Shown here in pieces: positions 48,945 through 58,150 of a stretch of 58,150 nucleotides of DNA. This DNA is from a bacterium (lineage in GTDB: Bacteria > Zhuqueibacterota > QNDG01 > CAYUAG01), in the NCBI GenBank assembly GCA_046483025.1, contig JAWODZ010000187.1, forward strand, positions 1-58,150, given 5' to 3'. The notes under the pieces were generated by a model. The model did not search any database, was not told where the DNA came from, and worked only from the letters and a program-made list of their open reading frames with translations. Numbering within the stretch: position 1 is the first letter of the stretch; each line of letters starts with the position of its first letter. Made by a program: the position numbers and the translations under genes.

Positions 48945-51638
48945 TTAATTTATAATTGTATCGTTCTTTACCATATTTTTGATGCGTTCCAATTCTTGCC
49001 GGGCATAACTGTCATTGGGATGTTTTGATATCCATGTATTTAGAACATTTATAGCCTGCTGATAGTCTCCGGCTTGCAGATAGTATCGGACTAACATTAC
49101 AAATATATTCCCTTCATCAGGATATTTATTCAGGAGAGGAAAAAGTAATTGTTCCACCCGCTCCGGTGTATCCAAAACATGCATGTAAAAATTTGCAAGT
49201 TGCAATTTGTCCTCTTTACTCTGATGAATTTTAGGTATTACATTGCTGATGAACTCTTTATAATCTACCTTTTTACCGGCTTTATGATAAGTGTCCACAA
49301 CTAACATGGCTGCAATTTCTGATGAAAACGGAATTACTTCCGGCGGTATGGTCTTCTGCATAGTATCCAGTATCTGAATGGCCTTGTCATTTTTATTGTG
49401 ATTGACATAATAAACTGCAAGGTGATTAAAGGCAGTTCTGTAATTCTGAATTAATTTCTTAATTCTGATATTATAAAAAACTTCAGGGTTATCCAGATTT
49501 CTAAACTGATACTTCTGGAATAAAAGCTCATTCATAACCTCAGGACTTAACTGATTAACCTTATAAGGCATCAGCTGAAAAACTATTCCATCCATGCGAA
49601 GGTGTGAATCCAATTTTAATCTGTTTTTATTGGAAACAGTTAAAGAAAAATATACCGGTCTCTGCCACTGAACCACCTGAATAATTCTTAAAATCATTAG
49701 ATCCTGTACTCTTAATCCCTTGACTTTACCACTGGTCATGGTTGGTTTTATGGTAAATGCAACTTTGTTTTTCAGAGTATCATATTCTTCCGGATTTTCC
49801 TGTTCTCGTATTCTTTTTAATACTTCATCCGAGGCAGGTATTTCAATTTTTTGAGTTTCCCACTGCATGGGATAAAGCTGTTTTATTCTGGACTCTGATA
49901 ACTGAAGCGGTATCCTGGGTTCAATATTCTGCAGTTGCTCAATATACCAATGTGTATTGAGAAGGGATAGATTTACCACCCTGACATCTTTTCTGATTTT
50001 TTCAACCTCCTGAAGATACCATAAGGGAAAGGTATCATTATCACCATTGGTAAACAGAATAGCATTGGGTTTACAGGATTGTAATATGTTATAAGAATAA
50101 TCCCAGGCCACATAATTACCGGACCGGTCATGATCCTTAAAATTAAAAGCAAACATATTGACCGGTATGGCAATAAACAGTACTAAACCGGTAATTGTCA
50201 TCAAACAATATTTAAGTATATTCTTCTTTTTAAAAGTTTGTATTATAGTTTCAAAAATACCTGCCATTCCAATTCCAATCCATAAAGCAAAAGCAAAAAA
50301 TGCTCCCACATAGGAATAATCCCTCTCTCTAGGTTGAGGATCAGGCTGATTTAAATATATGATTATTCCGTATCCCATGATGAAAAATAAAATAAATACA
50401 GCCAGAGCCCGCTTCCAATCCCTAAAGAAATGATATACAGAGCCAAAAACACCGATCAGAAAAGGTAATCCGTATAGAGCCCGGAGGCTTATCACTTCTG
50501 TAATTCTATCCTGGGAATCCAGGGATATCCCTTTACCGATAAACTGCCAGCCGAAATACCGGTTAAACATAAAATTTACCTGATAATTCCAGAAATCCGC
50601 CACCCGGTAAGGAAAGGTTAATATCAAACTCTGCTGACCGTATTGTTTACGGGAAAGATAATCCTGCATTGCCTGCCAGGTGGATGGTTTGTTTTCATTG
50701 ATGGGCGGATCAAGTGTAGCTCGGATATATATCAAAAGATACAAAGAATAAGCAATCAATATAAGTATAGGAATAATCCACCAGTAATAAAAGACCTTTT
50801 TATCTTTATACAACATATATCCCAGAGTGATAATTATCCATATAAGTCCAAACCATTTCAGAAAACTCCCAGCCCGGGCCTGATGCTCGATCATCTCATT
50901 ATAGGAAAAATCAGCAGGATTGAACTGATAAAAGATGAAATAAAGAATTAACGGTGCTGCTGCCTGAATGGTCAATAGCATAAACAGTTTTCTTACGGTC
51001 TGATTGTCATGAAAATATACTATTAATAATACAAAGGGGAAGGCTAAAATATTTAAAAGATGCAATCCGGCAGCCAGACCGAACAAATAAAAAATAAAAA
51101 ATATAAGAAGAATACTTGATTTCTTTTCAGAATACTCACCCCACAGGAGTGCAATCCAGACCACCAGGGAAGTAAACAGCATGGAAACAGAATAGACTTC
51201 TGCCTCCACTGCATTAAACCAGAAACTGTCAGTAAAGGCAAAGGCCAGGGCTCCGAAAATACTGCTGGCATAAAGAATGATCCTGTCTTGCGTATTTTGA
51301 GGCTCACCCCGCCAGCGTTTTATCAGCTGTATGATAACCAAAAAGGTAAAAAGCACAGTAGCAGCACTGACTAAAACTGAGATCATATTAACCCGCAGAC
51401 CAATATCCTGTACAAAGGGGATCATACTGAACACCCTCCCGATAATCAGATAAAGAGGTGCTCCGGGTGGATGCATTACTGAAAGTGTATAGGAACAGGC
51501 AATAAATTCTCCGCAGTCCCAGAAAGATGTGGTCGGGGCTACAGTGATATAATATACTATGAATGAGATCAAAAAGACAAGACTACCGGTAACAACCTGT
51601 ATACGATAATCCAAGGATTTTTTTAAAAAGTTCAACAA
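48945..51638 (-). CDS. DUF2723/TMEM260-like GT-C membrane protein, copy 1
   Basis: Same motif set as the adjacent paralogue; TTG start after GGAGG; C-terminal TPR-like helices. Confidence 0.9.
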   Translation of the reverse strand: MLNFLKKSLDYRIQVVTGSLVFLISFIVYYITVAPTTSFWDCGEFIACSYTLSVMHPPGAPLYLIIGRVFSMIPFVQDIGLRVNMISVLVSAATVLFTFLVIIQLIKRWRGEPQNTQDRIILYASSIFGALAFAFTDSFWFNAVEAEVYSVSMLFTSLVVWIALLWGEYSEKKSSILLIFFIFYLFGLAAGLHLLNILAFPFVLLIVYFHDNQTVRKLFMLLTIQAAAPLILYFIFYQFNPADFSYNEMIEHQARAGSFLKWFGLIWIIITLGYMLYKDKKVFYYWWIIPILILIAYSLYLLIYIRATLDPPINENKPSTWQAMQDYLSRKQYGQQSLILTFPYRVADFWNYQVNFMFNRYFGWQFIGKGISLDSQDRITEVISLRALYGLPFLIGVFGSVYHFFRDWKRALAVFILFFIMGYGIIIYLNQPDPQPRERDYSYVGAFFAFALWIGIGMAGIFETIIQTFKKKNILKYCLMTITGLVLFIAIPVNMFAFNFKDHDRSGNYVAWDYSYNILQSCKPNAILFTNGDNDTFPLWYLQEVEKIRKDVRVVNLSLLNTHWYIEQLQNIEPRIPLQLSESRIKQLYPMQWETQKIEIPASDEVLKRIREQENPEEYDTLKNKVAFTIKPTMTSGKVKGLRVQDLMILRIIQVVQWQRPVYFSLTVSNKNRLKLDSHLRMDGIVFQLMPYKVNQLSPEVMNELLFQKYQFRNLDNPEVFYNIRIKKLIQNYRTAFNHLAVYYVNHNKNDKAIQILDTMQKTIPPEVIPFSSEIAAMLVVDTYHKAGKKVDYKEFISNVIPKIHQSKEDKLQLANFYMHVLDTPERVEQLLFPLLNKYPDEGNIFVMLVRYYLQAGDYQQAINVLNTWISKHPNDSYARQELERIKNMVKNDTIIN

Positions 51639-51774
51639 TCCCTCCAGATTGAATTAGAATGTACAAGTTACTATTATTTTAAAATTAAATCAAGAATTTT
51701 TAGATAATTTTTTTGATTCGGGGATGAACAGCACAGCTATAGATAGTATAGGGTTTTTTAAAAAGTCCTTATTC

Positions 51775-51847
51775 TGTCACTTTGAGCGGAGTCGAAGGGT
51801 AACAAGTCTTATAAAAACAACATACTTCGATTCCGCTCAGCATGACA
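51775..51847. repeat. REP-like inverted repeat element
   Basis: Arms TGTCACTTTGAGCGGAGTCGAAG and CTTCGATTCCGCTCAGCATGACA match at 19 of 23 positions, with a 27 bp spacer; GC-rich in an AT-rich intergenic region. Confidence 0.7.
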
Positions 51848-52027
51848 TTTTTGAACAAATTAAACTCTTTAGACAGTTCCTGTAATATTTTTATATGTAA
51901 AGATCATATCGAAACGCATAGGAATATACTTCATTACTTTTTTATCCGCTTGTGAACTTAATTCCTTCTTCGTGTACTCAGTAAGAAAATTTATAATAAA
52001 AAATATTGATTTATTACAACAACTCAT

Positions 52028-52062
52028 CGGCAAAATAATTTTTAACCCGGCAATTTTTGCCG
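52028..52062. promoter_or_regulatory. Candidate enhancer-binding-protein upstream activating site
   Basis: Palindrome CGGCAA-TTT-TTGCCG (52048-52062) plus a half-site CGGCAA 20 bp upstream, about 80-110 bp before a -24/-12 element. Confidence 0.5.
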
Positions 52063-52137
52063 TAATTTTATTATAATTATTTAAATATTATTTTTATAAA
52101 TAATTATAATTAAAGAGATTACAACTATTATTTCTTT

Positions 52138-52155
52138 ACGGTATACCATTTGCCT
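52138..52155 (+). promoter_or_regulatory. Candidate sigma54 promoter of the C25 peptidase gene
   Basis: ACGGTATACCATTTGCCT = GG-N10-GC, about 55 bp upstream of the ATG. Confidence 0.5.
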
Positions 52156-52207
52156 TATTTATTAGTATGAAACAAAAAAATATGTATAAACAAACAGGTA
52201 TAAATGA

Positions 52208-55200
52208 ATGAAATCAGTAACTAATTTTTTACAATTCTTATTAATATTACTATTATTAACAACATTTGCTTATGCTGATCAAATCACAAAATCATTCTAT
52301 GCAAATGATTATTCTATAGAATCTCTTGTTAATGGTACTCATCAAATTAAAATGGATAATTTTGGAAAACTAACCCGGAAAGGATATCCTGCTCTTCCTT
52401 CTAAAACAGTAATTATAACATTACCTATGAATACAAAAGTGGATCACATTGATATTTCTCCTGGATCCTTCCATCAAATACCGGGAAACTATGAAATTAA
52501 AGTTACGGATATTCTTTTTCCTTTAAACAGCACTCAAAATAAAATTTCTGAAATCATTAAAGATCATCAGGATAAAAAGCAAGCTGTTTACTCAAAAAAT
52601 CGGTACTATCCTGAATCCACTGCTGAGATTATAAAAGTGGATCACTTTGGTCGTAAACCGATAGTAAAAATTCGCTATACTCCAGTTTTATACAACCCGG
52701 TAGAAAAATCATTAAAAATTATAAAAAAAATAAATGTAACTGTTAATTATTCACTTAGCAATGGATCAACTAAAAAGATAGCAAAAAACAACCTTCACAA
52801 TGAAAACAATATAACTACAACTACCAGTTTATTAATACTTTCTTCTGAAGCATTATCCAAAGTCATTAAACCTTTTATATCTTGGAAAAAATGTCTGGGC
52901 ATTAAAACTGAACATGTGAGTTATGAATGGATAGAAAATAACTGTGAAGGAAACAATAAAGCTGAAAAAATAAAAGAATTACTTAAAAATAAATATCAAT
53001 CCGATAACCTTGAAAATGTCATTTTTATAGGTGATCGGAATACCTGTCCGATTCAATATCTTTATCCTGATTCAAATAATCATTCCTATACAGGAAGTAT
53101 TGCCTCGGATTATTACTTTTCTGATTTAACTTCTGACCTAGATAGTGATGGAGATAATCATTTCGGCGAATTTCAACAGGATGAAGTAGACTGGTTTCCG
53201 GAAGTTACTATTGGAAGAATCCCCTGGAGTGAACCTGCTGTAGTAGAAAAAATACTTGCCAGAATTATTAGATATGAAAAAGACAGCAGTTCCTGGAAGA
53301 ATAATTCTTTGCTTTTGGGAAGTATCACAAATTTTAAAAACGAAAATAACAATGGCTACCCCCTTAAAACTGATGGCGCCTATCTAATGGAAGCTTTAAA
53401 AAATAATCTGTTTACCAATAACAGCACAACTACGTTATATGAACAGGAAGGGATTGACTCCTCAGAATTTGAATCAGATTTACCGCTTAACAGTCAAAAT
53501 ACCATTAACAGCTGGTCAACCGGAGAATACGGATGTATTACCTGGTGGAGTCACGGCAGTGCTGAATCAGCCGAAAGAAAATGGTGGTTAACTGATGATG
53601 GTGATAATGTACCTGAAAATGGCGAAGTCAGGCAGCAGGCTTTTCTGCATATATATAATATTCCAACGGTTTCGGATAATCATCCTGTAATCTTTGCAAA
53701 TTCATGTCATATCGGGGCTTTCCGTAAAACAGGACTGGGAAGAAAATTGATAAAAGAAGAGTGTACAGGTATTATTGCAGCTTCCAGTACATCCTGGTCA
53801 ACAGTAGGATGGAATGATATTGATGGCGGCGGAAGCAGCACCCTTTCTTATTTTTTCTGGGAAGAATATGTAAAAAATAAAAAATCAATAGGTGAAGCCC
53901 TGAATACTGCTAAAATCAGATATCTTAAAAAATACAATGACAGCTGGCACCATTTAAATAATGTGTATACATTTAACTATTTCGGTGATCCTACTCTTAA
54001 AATATCAAATATTGAACCGTTATACGGAGCAGTTTCAGGTAAACTGCTGTCAAACACAGAGGCAAATTCTATCGATGGGGTTGAAATTACACTTACCGAA
54101 TTAGGAAGAAAAACCATAACCGATGAAAATGGCTGTTATTATTTCGACTACCTTAATGAAGGCGAATATCATATAACTACATCTTCCAGTAACTATGAAA
54201 ATAATACGACCGCCTATGTAAAAAAAGGAGAAATTGTTACTGCAGATTTAAATCCCGTACAAAACAAACCTTGCTTAACTGCTTCAGACTCAACCTTTAG
54301 TGTTATACTTCAGGAAGGAGAAAATACTGTCAGAAATCTTATGATTATAAATCACAAAAATGATTTGATTGAATACAAAATTCGAAATGATAATGAAGAC
54401 AACTCCTGGCTTACAATTGATCCAGATTTAGCTCAGTACAGTATTGAACCGAATACTCTGGACACATTACTGTTTGATTTTAATACTTGTATTCTGGATC
54501 AGGGAAATCATGAAATTAATGTACATATACATCAAGATACCTGCCAAATTCCATTAATTACAATACCGGTTAACCTTACAGTTATTGATACTGTACCACC
54601 TGCCCCTATTAATAATCTTACTTTTACAAAAATGACTGGCTGTGATTCTATTCAATTATCCTGGACCGCACCAGGAGATAATGGATTAAAGGGGGCTGCT
54701 GAAAAATATGATATCATTCTGAGTAATAAACCCTTCCAAAACTCAAATAATCAGGATATTAAATTTTTAGATCACAAATTAATCCCCCAATCCGGTAAAA
54801 ATGCTGAATTCTGCTCTGTTTCAAAAGAGGATTATCAAGAACATCCTTATATCATAATTAGAACCTGGGATGAAGCTGAATTATATTCACTTTCTAATGA
54901 AATAGTAGTATCAACTACTGATATAACTTTAAATAATGAGATAGATAATATACCGGATGATTATGTAAATCAAAACTATCCTAATCCTTTTAATATGGAA
55001 ACAACTATAGAATTCGGCTTATCAAAATCAGGTACGGTAGACATTATAATATTTAATGATCGGGGACAGCTTATTAAGCATCTGGTGAAAAATAAAACAA
55101 TGCATTCCGGAAAACATAGTATTATTTGGAATGGAACCAACACAAATAATAACTTTGTCCCCAGTGGATTATATCTCTATAGAATTGCTACTGATAAACA

Positions 55201-55234
55201 TGCATTTGTAAAAAAGATGACCGTGCTTAAGTGA
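52208..55234 (+). CDS. C25 (gingipain-like) cysteine peptidase with propeptide, Ig/FN3-like modules and C-terminal FlgD/T9SS-like sorting domain
   Basis: Signal peptide; GYPALP propeptide; FIGD, SDYYF, IGRIP, WWSHG (His), ANSC (Cys) and FGDP; WTAPGDNG; QNYPNPFN...SGLYLYRI...KKMTVLK. Confidence 0.88.
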   Translation: MKSVTNFLQFLLILLLLTTFAYADQITKSFYANDYSIESLVNGTHQIKMDNFGKLTRKGYPALPSKTVIITLPMNTKVDHIDISPGSFHQIPGNYEIKVTDILFPLNSTQNKISEIIKDHQDKKQAVYSKNRYYPESTAEIIKVDHFGRKPIVKIRYTPVLYNPVEKSLKIIKKINVTVNYSLSNGSTKKIAKNNLHNENNITTTTSLLILSSEALSKVIKPFISWKKCLGIKTEHVSYEWIENNCEGNNKAEKIKELLKNKYQSDNLENVIFIGDRNTCPIQYLYPDSNNHSYTGSIASDYYFSDLTSDLDSDGDNHFGEFQQDEVDWFPEVTIGRIPWSEPAVVEKILARIIRYEKDSSSWKNNSLLLGSITNFKNENNNGYPLKTDGAYLMEALKNNLFTNNSTTTLYEQEGIDSSEFESDLPLNSQNTINSWSTGEYGCITWWSHGSAESAERKWWLTDDGDNVPENGEVRQQAFLHIYNIPTVSDNHPVIFANSCHIGAFRKTGLGRKLIKEECTGIIAASSTSWSTVGWNDIDGGGSSTLSYFFWEEYVKNKKSIGEALNTAKIRYLKKYNDSWHHLNNVYTFNYFGDPTLKISNIEPLYGAVSGKLLSNTEANSIDGVEITLTELGRKTITDENGCYYFDYLNEGEYHITTSSSNYENNTTAYVKKGEIVTADLNPVQNKPCLTASDSTFSVILQEGENTVRNLMIINHKNDLIEYKIRNDNEDNSWLTIDPDLAQYSIEPNTLDTLLFDFNTCILDQGNHEINVHIHQDTCQIPLITIPVNLTVIDTVPPAPINNLTFTKMTGCDSIQLSWTAPGDNGLKGAAEKYDIILSNKPFQNSNNQDIKFLDHKLIPQSGKNAEFCSVSKEDYQEHPYIIIRTWDEAELYSLSNEIVVSTTDITLNNEIDNIPDDYVNQNYPNPFNMETTIEFGLSKSGTVDIIIFNDRGQLIKHLVKNKTMHSGKHSIIWNGTNTNNNFVPSGLYLYRIATDKHAFVKKMTVLK

Positions 55235-55319
55235 TATTCTGAAAGAATAAATGTACAAACTTTATCGCAATCAACTGCTAAAATCAACAGGCGTTTATCG
55301 ATATTCGATCTTGAGTAAA

Positions 55320-55356
55320 AACAGTAAAGGGCTGCACCAGGCAGCCCTTTACTGTT
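55320..55356. terminator. Stable hairpin/terminator between convergent genes
   Basis: Perfect 16 bp stem AACAGTAAAGGGCTGC-ACCAG-GCAGCCCTTTACTGTT. Confidence 0.8.
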
Positions 55357-55375
55357 CATATAATAGTTTTATTTC

Positions 55376-58102
55376 TTATTTCACAAGCATCATCTTATGT
55401 AAACGGGTAAATTCTTCAGTCTGTAATCTGTAGAAGTAAACGCCACTTGCCAAGTTATCAGCATAAAATTCAACCGAATGTCTGCCAGCCTGTTTAAACT
55501 CATCTACAATTTTACTTACAAACCTGCCCTGAATATCATACACTGTAATAATAACATTCTGTGCCTTTGGTAAATCATATTTAATAGTTGTAGAAGGATT
55601 AAACGGATTAGGATAATTCTGGGAAAGTGCATAGTTATTGGGAATCTCAATTATATCAAAACCAGAGACATCAGAAGTCGTAAATGAAATAACATTTGCA
55701 AAAATATCCAACCCTGTTGTGGGATCCTTTCTATCTACCCATGTTGAATATAACTTCCCATCTTTAAAAACGATTGAAAGATTAAGTGGTAAATCGTTCC
55801 CGCTGTCTTTATTAATCTTAAAATTATAACCAAGAGCTTCACCATTATTATCATATAATTGACCATGAATATCATACACCCCATTTCTTTTTTCTTGCCA
55901 TGCAATGACAAACTTGCCATTCTTATCTACCCCGATAGCAATATTAGAGTTTTCATCAGCAAGTGTTATTACTCGAAAATTGGAACCCAAAGCTATTCCC
56001 TTGTCATTAAAACGTTGTGCATAAATTTCATACCGATTATTTCGTTTATCCTTCCACGCAATGACAAAATTACCCTTTTTATTAATATCTATTACAGGAT
56101 TTGATTGTTCGCTGCTTGTTGTATCGTCATTCACCCTGATATTTGTACTTACAGCAGAGCCATTTGCATTATACCGCTGTAAATAAATATCCGAATGTCC
56201 ATTTCGTTTATCTCGCCAAACAATAACAGTATTGCCTGTATCATTCATAGCAATTTTTGGAGTATATTGATATACTGATCCCTTATCATCATTCACTTTG
56301 AAATTAGGACCAATGACATTTCCGTTAGCATCAACACGTTGGGCGTAAATATCAGAATGTTTATTACGGTAGTCTTGCCATACAATTACAAAGTTACCAT
56401 TCCTATCCATTCCAATATCTGGATTATCTTTCCAGCTACGAAATTGATCATTATCTATCTTAACATTCGAGCTAATTGCAGTGCCATTAACATCAAAACG
56501 CTGGGCATAAATTTCTGCTTTCTCATTTCTATAATCCCGCCAGACTATCACACTATTCCCTGTGTTATTCGTAGCGATCTTCAATCCGAATTGATAATTA
56601 ATACCTCTTTCATCATCATTTACTATAAAACTGCATGTTGACGGTGTCCCATCTGCATTAAAACGCTGAGCGTAGATATCTGGATGACCATTACGCTCAT
56701 CCTCCCAGGCAATTAGAAAACTACCTTTACTATCAACGCCAATGTCAGGATCTTTTTGATTTATTTCCCCCGCATCAGGATTTATAGTCAATATAGAAAA
56801 ATTAGACCCTATCTTTATCCCATCCGGATTGTAACGTTGAGCAAGAAATCTTGAGATTCCATCAACCTTTTTCCAAGAAATAAGAAGATTCCCGTTTCTC
56901 TCTCTTTTAATATTAACTGAACCATAACGATTTTGTCTAGAAGCCTCGCTTACTTTAAAATTCGAACCTAATGCAGTACCGGTAGAATCAATCCGCTGAG
57001 CATAGACGTCAAAATTATAATCAAAATCGCGAACATCCCATGCAATCAAAAAATTACCATTGTTATCAGCGCCGATTTCTGGCATATCTTGCCAGCTTCC
57101 CCACAATTGATTGCTAATCCTAAAATCAGATCCAAGTGACTGACCGTTTTTATCATAAATTTTAGCGTAAATATCAGCAAAATTTCTTCCATCTTCCCAG
57201 GCGATTATAAAATATCCATCTCTATTTATACAGATTTTTGGATTAGATTTATAGTATTCTTCATAACCGACACTAACCCTTAACGTTGTACCTAATGCAT
57301 GCCCGTAAGAATCAAATCGTTTTGCATAAATCTCGGTATGATAACTACATGCTTCCCAAGTAATCATAAAACCATCTTTATTATTTACGGCAATATCAAA
57401 ATTAAATATTTCCCAACCAGATAAAAGAATCTTCTCGTTAGAACCTTGGAAATTATCCACATCATCAAATTGCTTCATGGAAATACAGTTAGTGCCCGAG
57501 TCATTAAAAATAGTTCTCCATACTATTATAAAATTCTTTTTATTATCCACGATAATTCTAGGATTTTCATGATCATCATCTCCCCAACTGTCATTAACCT
57601 TTATATTATGGCCTATAGTCTGACCATCATTATCAAAGCATTGAGCATAAATATCGGCGTTCAATTTTTTTCGAATATCGCTCCCACGGTAATCCTCCCA
57701 TACAATGACAAAATTACCTTTGTTATCTACTCCAACTGCAGGATAAACTGATATACTGACATCGGAATTATCATTTACCTTTACAACAGGGCCTGTTGCC
57801 ATGCCACTGCTATCAAAAAGCTGGACATATATGTCAGAGTAGCCGTAATAATTATTGTATGAATATCTGTCTTCAAAAACCATAATTAATGATCCATCAT
57901 TTCTCATTACTACTTTTGAATTGACAAAACTTCCGTAATCATATTTTTGGAGCTCATCGTTTACCTGAAAATCGGGAATGATTAAATTAAAATCCTCGTT
58001 TTCTGCGGCCAGAGTGCTTAACTGGGAAAGAAATATGAATAATAAAATAATTTCTGATTTGTATAAAAAAATTTTATTTTTTCTAAAATTCATTTTCATC
58101 AT
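55376..58102 (-). CDS. Secreted beta-propeller-like repeat protein with T9SS-like C-terminal domain
   Basis: Signal peptide; about 14 repeats of about 54 aa, consensus P-x-I-x4-GNFVIxWxDxR-x3-DIYAQRFxxxG-x4-NFxVN; QNYPNPFN...SGVYFYRL...KMMLVK. Confidence 0.85.
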   Translation of the reverse strand: MMKMNFRKNKIFLYKSEIILLFIFLSQLSTLAAENEDFNLIIPDFQVNDELQKYDYGSFVNSKVVMRNDGSLIMVFEDRYSYNNYYGYSDIYVQLFDSSGMATGPVVKVNDNSDVSISVYPAVGVDNKGNFVIVWEDYRGSDIRKKLNADIYAQCFDNDGQTIGHNIKVNDSWGDDDHENPRIIVDNKKNFIIVWRTIFNDSGTNCISMKQFDDVDNFQGSNEKILLSGWEIFNFDIAVNNKDGFMITWEACSYHTEIYAKRFDSYGHALGTTLRVSVGYEEYYKSNPKICINRDGYFIIAWEDGRNFADIYAKIYDKNGQSLGSDFRISNQLWGSWQDMPEIGADNNGNFLIAWDVRDFDYNFDVYAQRIDSTGTALGSNFKVSEASRQNRYGSVNIKRERNGNLLISWKKVDGISRFLAQRYNPDGIKIGSNFSILTINPDAGEINQKDPDIGVDSKGSFLIAWEDERNGHPDIYAQRFNADGTPSTCSFIVNDDERGINYQFGLKIATNNTGNSVIVWRDYRNEKAEIYAQRFDVNGTAISSNVKIDNDQFRSWKDNPDIGMDRNGNFVIVWQDYRNKHSDIYAQRVDANGNVIGPNFKVNDDKGSVYQYTPKIAMNDTGNTVIVWRDKRNGHSDIYLQRYNANGSAVSTNIRVNDDTTSSEQSNPVIDINKKGNFVIAWKDKRNNRYEIYAQRFNDKGIALGSNFRVITLADENSNIAIGVDKNGKFVIAWQEKRNGVYDIHGQLYDNNGEALGYNFKINKDSGNDLPLNLSIVFKDGKLYSTWVDRKDPTTGLDIFANVISFTTSDVSGFDIIEIPNNYALSQNYPNPFNPSTTIKYDLPKAQNVIITVYDIQGRFVSKIVDEFKQAGRHSVEFYADNLASGVYFYRLQTEEFTRLHKMMLVK

Positions 58103-58150
58103 TCAAAATTCAGGAAAAAAATTTAGATTAAGCCACCACTGTAATTCCCG

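Noticed and set aside
55376-58102. Periodic DNA similarity as a CRISPR array or tandem repeat
   Set aside because: The repeats are degenerate and in frame at protein level; no identical repeats with unique spacers.
58128-58150. Possible 3' end of an upstream minus-strand gene (GITVVA-stop)
   Set aside because: Too short to support a call.

Overview
AT-rich bacterial chromosomal segment. Proteins ending in NYPNPFN-type sorting domains, the rplM-rpsI-rpsB-tsf-pyrH-frr order and TTGACA-type promoters suggest an FCB-group anaerobe outside Bacteroidota (inference). In order: a partial dCache sensor; an Spt-like aminotransferase plus YghO/bCerS-like GNAT (probable sphingolipid synthesis); a seven-gene envelope cluster (ECF sigma with an apparently duplicated region 2, zinc anti-sigma, LPP20 proteins, CsgG-like protein, exported WD40-caspase, transglutaminase-like protein); ablA and ablB split by an inverted amino-acid ABC transporter; a translation cluster with an S2 leader and a pyrH lacking a canonical start; guaB and exonuclease-DinG; a HydABC/NuoEFG-like complex with a GltD-fused B subunit and a stand-alone FMN glutamate-synthase-family protein, converging on a PPDK-like protein and gdhA; a glycosylation run with two tandem DUF2723/TMEM260-like genes; a C25 peptidase and a 14-repeat secreted protein. 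No tRNA, rRNA, CRISPR array or transposase was seen. The best candidates for undescribed systems are the caspase/ECF cluster, the glutamate-linked bifurcating complex and the DUF2723 O-mannosylation locus. All family calls come from motif recognition by eye, not from database searches.
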